Position numbers and translations under genes: made by a program. This document shows, piece by piece, positions 27,193 through 38,100 of a DNA stretch of 64,000 nt (positions within the stretch are counted from its first letter, which is position 1; each line of letters starts with the position of its first letter). The stretch is from Phycisphaerae bacterium (lineage in GTDB: Bacteria > Planctomycetota > Phycisphaerae > UBA1845 > PWPN01). The stretch lies in contig JAAXZI010000165.1 of NCBI GenBank assembly GCA_012719955.1, forward strand, positions 8,611 to 72,610, read 5' to 3'. The notes under the pieces were generated by a model that saw only the letters and a list, made by a program, of their open reading frames with translations, was not told the origin of the DNA and did no database searches.

Positions 27193-29160
27193 GTGGGGAG
27201 AACGAAACCGCAGTTCAACATTCGGACGATCCGCATTTGCTCGGCGGGAGTGGTGATTCTCCTGGCCGGCCCGGCCGTGCTGCGCGCCCAGGCCGTCCAG
27301 AGGGCCGATCCGCCGCCCATCGTGGTGGCCGCCGGCCAGTCCAGCGTGCTGGACGCTCCCTGGCCGGTGCAGCGTTTGTCGATCACCAACCCGCAGGTGG
27401 CGGACGTGGAAGCCATCTCGCCCACCCAGGTACTGCTGTTGGGCAGGAAGGTGGGCACCACCGACCTGGTCTTGTGGAGCGCCGGCGGCGAGGTGTGGCA
27501 GCGACGGATCGACGTGCACATCGATCCTGCGCGTCTTCGCAAAGAACTGACCGACCTGTTTCCCGGGTCCGATCTGGACGTGACCCAGTCGCAGGACGTC
27601 GTGATCATCACCGGCGCCCTGCCGACCCGCGTGCACGGCGAGCGACTGCGGACCTTTCTGGAGGCGGCCGAGAAAGCCACCGGCCTCAAATATGTGGACA
27701 TGGTCAGCGTGGCCGGCGTCCGCTCAACCTCCGAACCACGGCCCGGTTCCATCTATACCGACGCCGAACGCCTCAAGCAGGATTTGCTCTGGATGTTTCC
27801 GGATTCGACCCTGGACGTCAGGCAATCCGGCGACGTGATGGTCATTTCCGGGACGCTGCGCCGGACCGAGCAGGCCCAGCAACTGCGCAAATATCTGGAG
27901 GCGCTCCAGGAATTGGTTGAGCAGCGTCGAACCCGGCGGGGCCCGAGTCACACGCGCCCGGCGGGCACTTTCGAAGAGGAGACCTCCGAACCCGAACCCG
28001 TGCCGGCGGCCGATTTCCGCTTTATCGACATGACCAGCGTGGCCGGCGTGCAACAGGTGCAGCTCAAGGTTCGGATCGCCGAGGTGAGTCGGACGGCATT
28101 GCGGAACCTGGGGGTCAACATTCTCCAGACCGGCCACCATGACAACACCTTCTTCGGCGCATCCACCATCGGGCCATCCGTGGGCGGCTCGCTGGTGCCC
28201 ATGACCATCGGTCCCCCCCGGGGAGCCATCGCGGGCAACGAAGGCGTGCCCTTCACGTTCAACGCCGATGTGAACGTTCCCCCGTCGGTGTCGCTGTTCT
28301 TCGGGTTTCCGCGGGCCGAGTTGGAGTTCTTCCTGGAGGCCCTGGCCGAGAACACCTACCTGCGACTGCTCTCCGAGCCGACCCTGGTGGCCCTCAGCGG
28401 CGAAGAGGCCAGCTTCCTGGCCGGCGGAGAGTTTCCTATCCCGGTGGTGCAAAGCGGCGTCGGGGGCGGAGCCCTGTCAATCACGATTGAGTACAAGGAA
28501 TTCGGCGTGCGTCTGCGCTTTCGGCCCACGGTACTGGGCGACGGGACCATCCGCCTGCACCTGGCCCCGGAGGTGAGCGACTTATCCAATGTGGGCGCGG
28601 TGATCATCCAGGGATTCCAGGTGCCCTCCCTGGTGACCCGGCGGGCGGAAACGACACTGGAACTCAAGAGCGGGCAGTCGTTTGCCATGGCCGGCCTGCT
28701 GAGCAATCGAAACGAAGCCCGCAATTCCCGGACTCCGGGGCTGGGCGACGTCCCCGTGCTCGGATCGCTCTTCCGGTCGGTCCGGTACGTCAAGGGTGAG
28801 ACGGATCTGGTCGTGCTGGTGACCGCGTCGCTGGTGGAGCCGCTTTCGCTGGCCGAGGCCCCCCCGCTGCCGGGGGTATGCGACACCGTGCCCAACGACT
28901 GGGAGTTTTACGGGCTGGGCATGATCGAAGGCGGATCGGCGCCCACGCTGTCGCCCGCCGAAGCCGTCTGGCTGGAAAGCCTGAACCTTGACGAGCTGAA
29001 GGGGCCGGGGGCCTGGGAGCGGTACGAACAAGGCATGGCCCGCAGCCAGGCCGAGCCGATCAGGCCGCCGGCCAGGGCGGCCGAGGCCGAGCCGGCGCCG
29101 GCTGCCGCTCCGATCGAGGAGGCCGGCGGCGCCGCCGGTCCTGGAGCAATGAAACACTGA
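27193..29160 (+). CDS. cpaC: CpaC/RcpA secretin
   Basis: C-terminal secretin block FLAGGEFPIPV...VPVLGSLFRS...ETDLVVLVTASLVEP. Two N-domain repeats (DLDVTQSQDVVIITG and TLDVRQSGDVMVISG). GTG at 27193 is preceded by AAGGAAGGA (alternatives at 27148 and 27154). Confidence 0.88.
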   Translation: MGRTKPQFNIRTIRICSAGVVILLAGPAVLRAQAVQRADPPPIVVAAGQSSVLDAPWPVQRLSITNPQVADVEAISPTQVLLLGRKVGTTDLVLWSAGGEVWQRRIDVHIDPARLRKELTDLFPGSDLDVTQSQDVVIITGALPTRVHGERLRTFLEAAEKATGLKYVDMVSVAGVRSTSEPRPGSIYTDAERLKQDLLWMFPDSTLDVRQSGDVMVISGTLRRTEQAQQLRKYLEALQELVEQRRTRRGPSHTRPAGTFEEETSEPEPVPAADFRFIDMTSVAGVQQVQLKVRIAEVSRTALRNLGVNILQTGHHDNTFFGASTIGPSVGGSLVPMTIGPPRGAIAGNEGVPFTFNADVNVPPSVSLFFGFPRAELEFFLEALAENTYLRLLSEPTLVALSGEEASFLAGGEFPIPVVQSGVGGGALSITIEYKEFGVRLRFRPTVLGDGTIRLHLAPEVSDLSNVGAVIIQGFQVPSLVTRRAETTLELKSGQSFAMAGLLSNRNEARNSRTPGLGDVPVLGSLFRSVRYVKGETDLVVLVTASLVEPLSLAEAPPLPGVCDTVPNDWEFYGLGMIEGGSAPTLSPAEAVWLESLNLDELKGPGAWERYEQGMARSQAEPIRPPARAAEAEPAPAAAPIEEAGGAAGPGAMKH

Positions 29161-29189
29161 CTCGTTGGCCACCCCAGGGGGAGCCCTAC

Positions 29190-30353
29190 GTGGACTTGCG
29201 ACGCCATATCATCCTCCTCACCAGCGATCCTCAGCTCGCGCCCCGGGTGGGCGCGACGCTGGGCATGACCAACGCGCTGATGAGTGAAACAACCTGCCGG
29301 AGTCTCGCCGAGCTGGGCGCACGGATCGAGAAAAACCCCACGTCCGTGGTGTTGATGGACATCGATTCTCACCCCGCTCAGATGCTGGCCAGTCTGGACC
29401 AGATGACACGGCGGTTCAGCGAGGCCCGCTTCATCGTTCTTTCCGACAACATGAAGGGCGAACTGGTCCTGGACGCCATGCGCGCCGGGGCCCGCCAGTT
29501 CGTGCTCAAGACCGCCATTGCCACCGACCTGGCCCCTGCCCTGGAGCGGATCGCCCCGCCGGATGCGGCCCGGGCCGGCGCGCGCGGAACCGTGATCACC
29601 GTGCTGTCGGCGAGCGGAGGCTGCGGCGCCACCACCCTGGCGGTCAACCTGGCCCATGAGCTGCACCTGGTCACGTCCCAGCGCAGCCTGCTCGTGGACA
29701 TGGACATCGACTACGGCGCCGTGGGCGCCTACCTGGGCCTGCAAAGCCAGTATGGGCTGGCCGATATCCTGACCCACCGCAGCCACATCGATCCCGAGCT
29801 GGTCCGTTCCACCGCGCTGTCCTACTCGGACGGGTTGCACGTTCTGCTCAGTCCGGCCGCCGCCGGGCTGTCCCAGTGGGAATTGCCGGTGGATGACCGC
29901 ATCGGACAGACCATCGAAGCCGTGCGGCAGGCTTACGCCTACACCGTGGTGGACGCCCCGCGGATCTCGCTGGACCTGGCCGTCCGCCTGGCCCATTCCA
30001 GCCTCTTCGTCCTGATCGTCTTTCAGCTCGGGGTGAAGGACATCCACATCGCGCGGGCCATGCACTCGGCCCTCAGCGCGAGCGGAGTGCCCTCGGGGCA
30101 ACTGGTGCTGGTGGCCAACCGCTATCGCAGCAGGCACGCCATGGTCGATATCGACGACGCGCGCCGTGCCTTCGGCGGGTTCTCACCGGTCTGTGTTCAG
30201 AACGATTTCAAGAACGTGATCTGGAGCATCAACTACGGCAAGCCGCTTTCTGAGATTGCGCGCCGGTCGGCCGCGCGCCAGGACATTGCCATGATCGCTC
30301 AGAAGATTGTCAAAGCAGGCGCAGGCGAAACCCTCGCCACAGCGTCAGGGTGA
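29190..30353 (+). CDS. cpaE: CpaE/TadZ ParA/MinD-like ATPase with an N-terminal receiver-like domain
   Basis: Deviant Walker A VLSASGGCGATTLAVNLA. Position upstream of cpaF. Confidence 0.85.
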   Translation: MDLRRHIILLTSDPQLAPRVGATLGMTNALMSETTCRSLAELGARIEKNPTSVVLMDIDSHPAQMLASLDQMTRRFSEARFIVLSDNMKGELVLDAMRAGARQFVLKTAIATDLAPALERIAPPDAARAGARGTVITVLSASGGCGATTLAVNLAHELHLVTSQRSLLVDMDIDYGAVGAYLGLQSQYGLADILTHRSHIDPELVRSTALSYSDGLHVLLSPAAAGLSQWELPVDDRIGQTIEAVRQAYAYTVVDAPRISLDLAVRLAHSSLFVLIVFQLGVKDIHIARAMHSALSASGVPSGQLVLVANRYRSRHAMVDIDDARRAFGGFSPVCVQNDFKNVIWSINYGKPLSEIARRSAARQDIAMIAQKIVKAGAGETLATASG

Positions 30354-30357
30354 ATGC

Positions 30358-31698
30358 ATGAACCACGCGTATTCCGATCCTTTCAAGATGCCAGAGCCCG
30401 CGATGGACCAGGCGGCGATGCAGCGGCTCAAGCTCGAAGTGCACCGCCGATTGCTGGACACCATGGACCTCATCGAAGCCCAGCGGATGCCCATCGACGA
30501 GCTGCATCGCGAGTGCTCCCGGCGGGCGGACCTGCTGCTCAGCGAGCAGCGTTATCCTCTCTCCGCGCCGGAGCGGCAGAGGATCCTCCGCGAAGTGATG
30601 GACGAGATCTTCGGCCTGGGCCCGATCGAGGAGCTGCTCAGTGATCGAAGCATCAGTGACATCCTGGTGAACAATCCGCGGCAGGTGTACATCGAGCGCG
30701 AGGGCCGCCTGGAGCGCACGAACATCTGTTTCCGGGACAACGATCATCTGTTGCAGGTCATTCAGCGCATCGCCAATCGCGTCGGGCGGCGCATTGACGA
30801 AAGCTCGCCCATGCTGGATGCCAGGCTCATCGACGGATCGCGCGTCAACGCAATCATTCCGCCCCTGGCCCTGCGCGGGCCGGCCTTGAGCATCCGACGT
30901 TTCGGCACGATTCCCCTCGACGTGGACCGGTTGATCGAGCTGGGTACCATGACCCAGGAAATGGTTCTATTCCTGGAGGCCTGCGTCCGGGCCCGGATGA
31001 ACATTCTCATCTCCGGCGGCACGGGCAGCGGAAAGACCACCCTGCTCAACGTGCTGTCGGCCTGGATTCCCGACTCCGAGCGGGTCATCACCATCGAGGA
31101 TGCCGCCGAGCTCCAGCTCCAGCGCGAGCACGTCGTGCAGCTCGAGACCCGCCCGCCCAATATCGAGGGCAAGGGCGAAGTCACCCAGCGCGAACTGCTG
31201 CGCAATTGCCTGCGCATGCGGCCGGACCGCATCATCATCGGCGAAGTGCGCGGCGCGGAGGCCCTGGACATGCTCCAGGCCATGAACACCGGCCACGAAG
31301 GCTCCATGACCACGCTGCACGCCAACAATCCGCGCGACGCGATCCGCCGGCTGGAAAACATGACCTGCATGGCCGGCCTGAACTTTCCCGTCCACGTGAT
31401 CCGCGAACAAATCGCCTCGGCCCTGAACCTGGTGATTCACCTGGATCGGGTCACCGGCGGGCGGAGAAAGATCATTTCCATCACCGAATTGACCGGCACC
31501 GAAGGAGATGCCATCTGCATGCAGGACATCTTCATCTACAGGCAACTCAACGTCGATGCCCAGGGCCACGCGGTGGGCCAGTTCGAGGCCACCGGTGTCC
31601 GGCCGCAGCTCCTGCCGCACATCCTGGCCGAGGGCATCGATGTGCCGGACAACCTGTTTCATCGTCGCGTGCTGCCGGCAGGGCCGGCCGCGAAGTAA
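30358..31698 (+). CDS. cpaF: CpaF/TadA secretion ATPase
   Basis: Walker A ISGGTGSGKTTLLN, Asp/His boxes and IIGEVRGAEA, typical of VirB11/TadA ATPases. Confidence 0.93.
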   Translation: MNHAYSDPFKMPEPAMDQAAMQRLKLEVHRRLLDTMDLIEAQRMPIDELHRECSRRADLLLSEQRYPLSAPERQRILREVMDEIFGLGPIEELLSDRSISDILVNNPRQVYIEREGRLERTNICFRDNDHLLQVIQRIANRVGRRIDESSPMLDARLIDGSRVNAIIPPLALRGPALSIRRFGTIPLDVDRLIELGTMTQEMVLFLEACVRARMNILISGGTGSGKTTLLNVLSAWIPDSERVITIEDAAELQLQREHVVQLETRPPNIEGKGEVTQRELLRNCLRMRPDRIIIGEVRGAEALDMLQAMNTGHEGSMTTLHANNPRDAIRRLENMTCMAGLNFPVHVIREQIASALNLVIHLDRVTGGRRKIISITELTGTEGDAICMQDIFIYRQLNVDAQGHAVGQFEATGVRPQLLPHILAEGIDVPDNLFHRRVLPAGPAAK

Positions 31699-31710
31699 GG
31701 AGCACCAACG

Positions 31711-32697
31711 ATGCCAACCAGCGGGCACAACCTGTTAGACCTGGTGGTCACGACCCTGGCTTTCGGGTTGGTATTCACCCTTTGGCTGTTGGGAGCATTC
31801 GTGTGGATGGCCCAGCGGTCGGCCCGAAAACGCACCATCGAGATGCGGCTGGGGCTCCGCGAAGAGGAGGTGACCGGAACCAGAACGCTGCGGCTGTGGC
31901 GCGAGGGGCGGGAGGCAACCACGGTCGTGCCCCATCTGTCGGTCCGCGGGTCGTGGCGTCAACGGCTTCATCGGCTGCGCCAGCAGGCAGGATGGCAGGT
32001 GCCGGTCCACACCCTGGTGTTCGGCACAGCGGGCGGGCTGACCCTCCTGTTCGTGCTCGCCTTTTCACTGACCGGCAGCGGCCTCGCCGGTCTGGGCGCA
32101 ATTGTGGGCGGGTTCGCCATCTTCTGGACCTGGCTCAAGCAGCGCATCGCCAAGTGCAACGCCCGCTTCGAACGACAGCTCGCTGACGCCCTCGATCTGG
32201 CCGCCCGGTCGCTGCGGGCCGGGCATCCGCTGATCGGCTCGTTCCAGGTGATCGCCGAGGAGATTGCCGATCCGGTCGGCACCCTGTTCGCGGAGATCTG
32301 CCAGCAGCAGTCTCTCGGCGTGCCACTGGAGGTGGCCCTCCGCAGAGCCGCTGGCAACGTGGCCAACGAGGATATGAAGTTGTTCGCCACCTCGGTGGCC
32401 ATCCAGCTTCGCACCGGCGGCGATCTCGCCGACATGATGGACCGCGTCGCGGCGGTGATTCGCGATCGCATTCGGCTCGCCGGCCGGGTGCGTTCCCTGA
32501 CCGCTCAGACGCAACTCAGCAAGCGCATTCTGATCAGCCTGCCCTTCATCATGTTCGCCGTGCTGAGCTGTGCCAGCCCGCAGTACCTGGAAATCCTGTA
32601 TACCACCAGCAGCGGGAGGCTGCTGCTGGCAGTGGGAGGCGTAATGCTGCTGACCGGAGCCTGGCTGATGAATCGTATGGCCATCCTGCGGTATTGA
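31711..32697 (+). CDS. tadB: TadB (type II secretion system F-family membrane protein)
   Basis: T2SSF-like profile, AAGGAG RBS, position after cpaF. Confidence 0.85.
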   Translation: MPTSGHNLLDLVVTTLAFGLVFTLWLLGAFVWMAQRSARKRTIEMRLGLREEEVTGTRTLRLWREGREATTVVPHLSVRGSWRQRLHRLRQQAGWQVPVHTLVFGTAGGLTLLFVLAFSLTGSGLAGLGAIVGGFAIFWTWLKQRIAKCNARFERQLADALDLAARSLRAGHPLIGSFQVIAEEIADPVGTLFAEICQQQSLGVPLEVALRRAAGNVANEDMKLFATSVAIQLRTGGDLADMMDRVAAVIRDRIRLAGRVRSLTAQTQLSKRILISLPFIMFAVLSCASPQYLEILYTTSSGRLLLAVGGVMLLTGAWLMNRMAILRY

Positions 32698-32715
32698 CGC
32701 GGACGGGAGGAACCC

Positions 32716-33624
32716 ATGTACGAAATCCTGCTTCCATTCCTCGCTTTCCTGTCAGTGACCGCCCTGGGCGGCGCGGTGCTGACGGCCCGGGCCGCGCGGC
32801 GAACCGCGATCGAGCAGCGCCTTCACGCCGCCGACGCTTGGGCCGGCCCGAACCATCTCGGTGCCCGCGGACAGCACCTGGTCACGGCGGTCAGCCGCAT
32901 CGGCGAGAGACTGTCCGCCCGGGGCCCCTCGCAGGGCCTGAAAGCGGAGCTGTCCAAGGCCGGCTATCACGGCTCCGCCGCGGCCACGGTGTATCTTGGC
33001 GCCAAGATGCTGCTGTTGCTGCTGGGCGCAGGCGGGCTGGCCCTGCTGCTCATCCCGACCGCGCTGCCCCCCAGCCTCAAAGCCATCGGGACCGTTGGCG
33101 GCGCCTGCATCCTGTTCTTCGTTCCGAACATGGTCGTCAGCGCGAAACGCCGACAGCGGCGCCTGGAGATCCAGCAGCGCCTGCCGGACGCCTTCGACCT
33201 GCTTGAGATCTGCGTGTCCGCCGGGATGGGGCTGGACATGGCCTGGAACTGTGTCACCGACGAGGTTCGCCGCGTCAGCCCCGTGCTGGCGGACGAAATG
33301 GCTTTAGCCAACCTGGAAATGCACCTGGGGGCGAGCCGGGCGACGGCCATGCGGCACATGGCGGAGCGCACGGGCGCCGACGAGATCGGATCCCTGGTCG
33401 CGGTGCTGGTTCAATCCGAGCGATTCGGAACCAGTATCGGCGAAACGCTGCGCATCTTCGCCGAGTCCATGCGTCAGTTGCGCAGCCAACGCGCCGAAGA
33501 AGCAGCCGAAAAAATGGCCGTCAAACTGCTGTTCCCCATGGTTCTGTTTATTTTCCCGGCCCTGTTTGTGGTGCTGGTTGGCCCCGCCGGACTTCGCCTG
33601 GTGGAGTTTCTGGGCGGGAATTGA
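32716..33624 (+). CDS. tadC: TadC (type II secretion system F-family membrane protein)
   Basis: The block LPDAFDLLEICVSAGMGLDMAW is typical of TadC/T2SSF. Position after tadB. Confidence 0.85.
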   Translation: MYEILLPFLAFLSVTALGGAVLTARAARRTAIEQRLHAADAWAGPNHLGARGQHLVTAVSRIGERLSARGPSQGLKAELSKAGYHGSAAATVYLGAKMLLLLLGAGGLALLLIPTALPPSLKAIGTVGGACILFFVPNMVVSAKRRQRRLEIQQRLPDAFDLLEICVSAGMGLDMAWNCVTDEVRRVSPVLADEMALANLEMHLGASRATAMRHMAERTGADEIGSLVAVLVQSERFGTSIGETLRIFAESMRQLRSQRAEEAAEKMAVKLLFPMVLFIFPALFVVLVGPAGLRLVEFLGGN

Positions 33625-33664
33625 GGGCTCGAAACGCTTTCCAGAAAGCAAGGAGCAAATAACC

Positions 33665-34201
33665 ATGAAACGCCTGATCTGTCTCGCCGCGTGTGCGCCT
33701 ATCCTGGTAATCGCCGGATGCCAGAGGGGGGCCGCCTCGCACGCGACCAACGTGCGCATCGTGCGGTCCATTAACGACCGGGCTATCCAGAACGCTGTCG
33801 TGACCCAGCAGACCCTCTACTCCTACCACTTCGTGACCAACAGTGCGGCCTTGAACGAACTGGGCGAATGCGAACTGGCCGTCCTGGCTGGGCATTACCG
33901 GGAGCATCCCGGCACCCTGAAGCTCCGTCGGGGCAACACCCCGGAGGAGCTGTACGAGGCGCGCATTCAGACGGTGATGGACGCGCTGGCCCGGGCCGGC
34001 GTGGACACCGGGCGCATTCAGATTGAAGAAGGCATGCCCGGCGGCGACGGGATGCCCTCCGAGCAGGTGCTCGCCATTACCACCGGCCGGAATTCCCCCT
34101 CCCGGCCTCTCTACTACGGAGGTGGCGGAGGCGGCGGTTCGATCAACAGCGGCATGAACGGTCAGACCGGAGTGGGCTTCTCCGGAGGGCAGACCCAATG
34201 A
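33665..34201 (+). CDS. lipoprotein of the tad locus (possible CpaD/pilotin analogue) with a Gly-rich tail
   Basis: Lipobox LVIAGC, AAGGAG RBS, ATGA overlap with tadD, C-terminal YYGGGGGGGSINSGMNGQTGVGFSGGQ. Confidence 0.7.
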   Translation: MKRLICLAACAPILVIAGCQRGAASHATNVRIVRSINDRAIQNAVVTQQTLYSYHFVTNSAALNELGECELAVLAGHYREHPGTLKLRRGNTPEELYEARIQTVMDALARAGVDTGRIQIEEGMPGGDGMPSEQVLAITTGRNSPSRPLYYGGGGGGGSINSGMNGQTGVGFSGGQTQ

Positions 34202-34908
34202 CGCCGCGTGAACAGGGCCTCAGCGTCGCCCGCGGCCGGCTCGCCCTGCTACTGTTGTGCATCGGGCTCTGCTTAACCGGCTGCCAGACGGAGACGATCT
34301 TCAGGCCGGAGCGAATCGCCTCGGAACAGGACGCACAAGGCGAATTCGACGCCGGGGCCGGCCGCGCCCCCACGCCGCGGACCCTCTACGCAACCGCGCG
34401 TCTGCTGGCCGCCCAGCGGCGGGACAATCAGTGCGAGGCCCTGCTGACGCGCATCATTCGCGAGCATCCCACCTTCATGCCGGCCTACTGCGATCTCGCG
34501 GAACTGCGCGTGCGGCAACGAAGGATCGATGAGGCCATCGCCACGCTCCAGGCCGCCGCGAAGCAATCGCCCGAGGACCCGGTCATCCTCAACAACCTGG
34601 GCATGTGCGCGATGCTCTCGGGCGACCACCAGGAGGCGCTGGATCTGTTCACCCGGGCCAGTGCCATCGCTCCTGACAATGCCCGCTATCGGGCCAACAT
34701 GGCGGCCGCGTTGGGCATGATGGGCCGATACGAAGAGGCCCTCGCCCTTTATCGCCAGGCCATCCCCGAGCGCGACGCCCAGCACAATATCGGCGTGCTG
34801 CACCGGGCCCGGGCCAACTACCTGGCCGGAAACCAGCCGCGGCAGGACGCGACCTTCAACCAGCCCCCGGCGGGACTGCTTCCCCAGACGCAACCCGCCG
34901 TCCGGTAG
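34198..34908 (+). CDS. tadD: TadD-like TPR lipoprotein
   Basis: Lipobox LCLTGC. TPR-like repeats (AELRVRQRRIDEAIATLQAA, NLGMCAMLSGDHQEALDLFTRA, NMAAALGMMGRYEEALALYRQA). Confidence 0.8.
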   Translation: MTPREQGLSVARGRLALLLLCIGLCLTGCQTETIFRPERIASEQDAQGEFDAGAGRAPTPRTLYATARLLAAQRRDNQCEALLTRIIREHPTFMPAYCDLAELRVRQRRIDEAIATLQAAAKQSPEDPVILNNLGMCAMLSGDHQEALDLFTRASAIAPDNARYRANMAAALGMMGRYEEALALYRQAIPERDAQHNIGVLHRARANYLAGNQPRQDATFNQPPAGLLPQTQPAVR

Positions 34909-35180
34909 GCAGGCCGGCGTCCTGCAATTGGCGCCGCCGGACTACGGCCACACGGTGCGGACAGCCTTTCTCAAGGATCTCGCGCCGATTCCTGCTCTCC
35001 GGGCCGGGTCGCCCGCCCCGAACCCTGCACCCCTGGATTCCGGGCAAAGCCCGCCTTGCGCGTTTTCACCCTTTGCCTTGGGCGGCTTTCACGAGCACCG
35101 CCCCGAGGAAGCCTTATCGACAACTGCTGGGTACAGGATTACATTGGAGCAGTACACCTCTGGTAACTGGAGATGAACCT

Positions 35181-38100
35181 ATGCGCACGCTTTGCGGGCG
35201 GGCCCGAATCACAGCGATTCTTGGTCTTCTGTTTGGCTTGAACTCGGCGGCAGCCGGCGAGGCCGCTTTTGACACGCTGGAAAAGCAGTTCCGCAAGCTC
35301 CCCCCGGATGCTCGACGGCTGACCGGCCCGCTGTTCTGGCTGCACGGCGACGAAAGCAAGGAACGGCTGGAGGAATACGTCGCCAAGGTGGCCGAGGGCG
35401 GCAACGGCTGCCTCACCACCGAGTCACGCCCCCACAAGGACTGGCTCGGCGAAGGCTGGTTCCGGGACTTGGCCATCTGCCTGGAGGCCGCCAGGAAGCA
35501 CAACCTGCAAATGTGGATCTTCGATGAGAAGTGGTGGCCGAGCGGCGAGGTCGGCGGCACCGTACCCGCCCAGTACGGCAGCAAGCGCCTCTCGGCCGAG
35601 GCCCGGGACGTGGAAGGCCCCGCCGCGTTCACCCTGGACGACTGCGGAGGACCGAATATCGTCGCCGTGCTGGCCGGAAAGATCACCGGCGATGGCATCG
35701 ACCCTGACAGCCTGGTGGACCTGGCCGGTTCCGTCCGCGACGGCAAGTTGACCTGGGAAGCGCCGGCAGGAAAGTGGAAGGTGATGAAGTTCACTTGGGC
35801 GGCCGTGCCGGTGGGCAACCGATATCTGGTGGACGGAGCCAGCCAGGAGGCCGTGGACTGGTACCTCAAGACGGTCTACCAGCCACACTACGACCGCTTC
35901 AAGGACGACTTCGGCAAGCACATCGTGGGCTTCTTCTACGACGAGCCGGAGACGCACGGCGACTGGGGCACCGAGGTCATGAAGGTGCTCGCCGAACGCG
36001 GCGTGGATTTCAAGCAGGCCCTGGTAGCCTTCAAATTCAAACTGGCCGGTGAGAGCCAGGTCGCCGCCCGCTACCAGTACCTCGACGCCTTCGCGGAGGC
36101 CTGGGGGCGGACCATGTACGGCGGGATCACGCGCTGGTGCCGCGAGCGCAACGTCAAGTCCATCGGCCACTGGCTCGAACACGCCAATGTCTATGTGCAC
36201 CCCAACCTGTGCGCGGGGAATATGTTCCAGCTTCAGAAGTACAGCGACATGGGCGGCATCGACGCAGTCTTTGATCAGTTCAAGATCGGCCAGCGCGTGG
36301 CCAGGGACGCGCCCTGCTGGCAGACGCCCAAGCTGGGCAGTTCCATTACCCATGCCTACGGAAAACCCGACGATATCACCATGGTCGAGATCTTCGGCGC
36401 CCGCGGCCAGGACCTCACCTACCCGGAGATGAAGTGGTGGACCGACCACATGCACGTCTCCGGAGTGAACTTCATGATTCCGCATTCGTTCAACCCGCGG
36501 GCCCCGCGCGATACCGACTGCCCCCCCTACTTCTACAACGGCGGCTTTGAGCCGCGCTGGCCGCTGTATCGCGTCTACGCCGATTACACCAGCCGGCTGA
36601 GTCTCCTGCTCACCGGGGGGCGGCATGTGTGCCCGGTCGCCCTGCTGTACCCCGGCCACAGCGTGCATGTGGGCAAACACATCCTGCCGGACGTGATGAG
36701 CGAAGTCCTGCAGGACGCGCTCTACGACTGCGACTGGCTTCCCTACGATGTCTTCGAGAACGACGTCCGGCTGGGCGGCAAGGAACTGAAGTTGCGCGAG
36801 GAATCGTACCGCGTCCTGATTCTCCCGGCCGTGGAGGTGATTCCCTACGCCACGCTGGCTAAGGCCAAGGAATTCTTCGATCGCGGCGGCGTGGTGCTCG
36901 CCTACGGCATCCTGCCGGAAAAGTCTGCCACGCTGGGCAAGAGTTCCGCCGACATCGCCACGCTGCGCGAGGCCCTCTGGGGCCAGGCTCAACCCGGCAC
37001 CAGCGTCTGCAAGACCAGCCCCGCCGGCGGACGATCTTACTTTCTGCCTGAAAAACCCATCGTCGAGCAGATCCAGGCGGTGCTGGCCGCCGATGCCGGC
37101 ATTCGCCCGACGCTGGAGGTGCTGGAAGGCCGCACCGACAACTGGCTGCACGTGCTGCACCGCGTTAAGGCCGGCCGGGACGTGTTCTTCATCACCAACC
37201 AGAACCACACCGGCGAGGCCCGCAAATTCCGCTTCCGCATCACCGCCCAGGGTGAGCCGGAGTGCTGGGATGCCATGCGCAACGAAATCACCGCTGTGCC
37301 CTACCAGCGCCAGGGCGATCAGGTCGAGCTGACGCTGACGATGGAGCCTTCCGAGAGCCTGCTGCTGGTGTTCGCGCCCAAGAAACGCCCGCTGCCGACG
37401 CGGCTGGAGCCGGGCGGCGCGGTGCCCGCGACGACCATCACCCTCCAGCGCGAGGCGACGCCGCCGCCCGCCGAGCCGGAGTTGGATGCCGATCTGAGGT
37501 CCGTCAGGGGCCTGGAAAGCTGCTCCTGGGTGTGGTATCCGGAAGGCAACCCCGCTGCCAACGCTCCGGCGGGCAAGTGCTATTTCCGCAAGCGAATCAC
37601 CATTCCCGCTGACCGCCGCATCACGAGCGCCGCCTTCACCGGCACGGCCGACAACAGCTTCGTGTTGTTCGTGAACGGCAGGGAGGCCGGCCGTAGCGAT
37701 GACAGCCCTGAAGGCTGGCGCCGGCCGGTCCACCTGCGAATTCAGGAACTGCTGCAGTCCGGCGAGAACCAGCTCGCCATCATGGCCACGAACGCGGCGG
37801 CCAACATGGCGGCGAACCCCGCCGGGCTCATCGGCCAGCTCACCGTCAACTTCGAAACGGGCGACCCGCTGACGGTACGGGTGGACAAGACCTGGAAAGT
37901 CTCCCGCGACGCAGCGGAACAATGGATGAACGCGCAGTTCGACGATGCCGACTGGGTCGCGGCCGGAGAGTTTGCTCGCTTCGGCGACGCCCCCTGGGGG
38001 CGCCTGAGGCCGGGAATCACGCTCAGCCCGGTCAAGGCCGACCCCTTCATCGGCCACTGCGAAATACCGGCCAGCGCGGATCTTGGCGGCTCGCGCGTCT

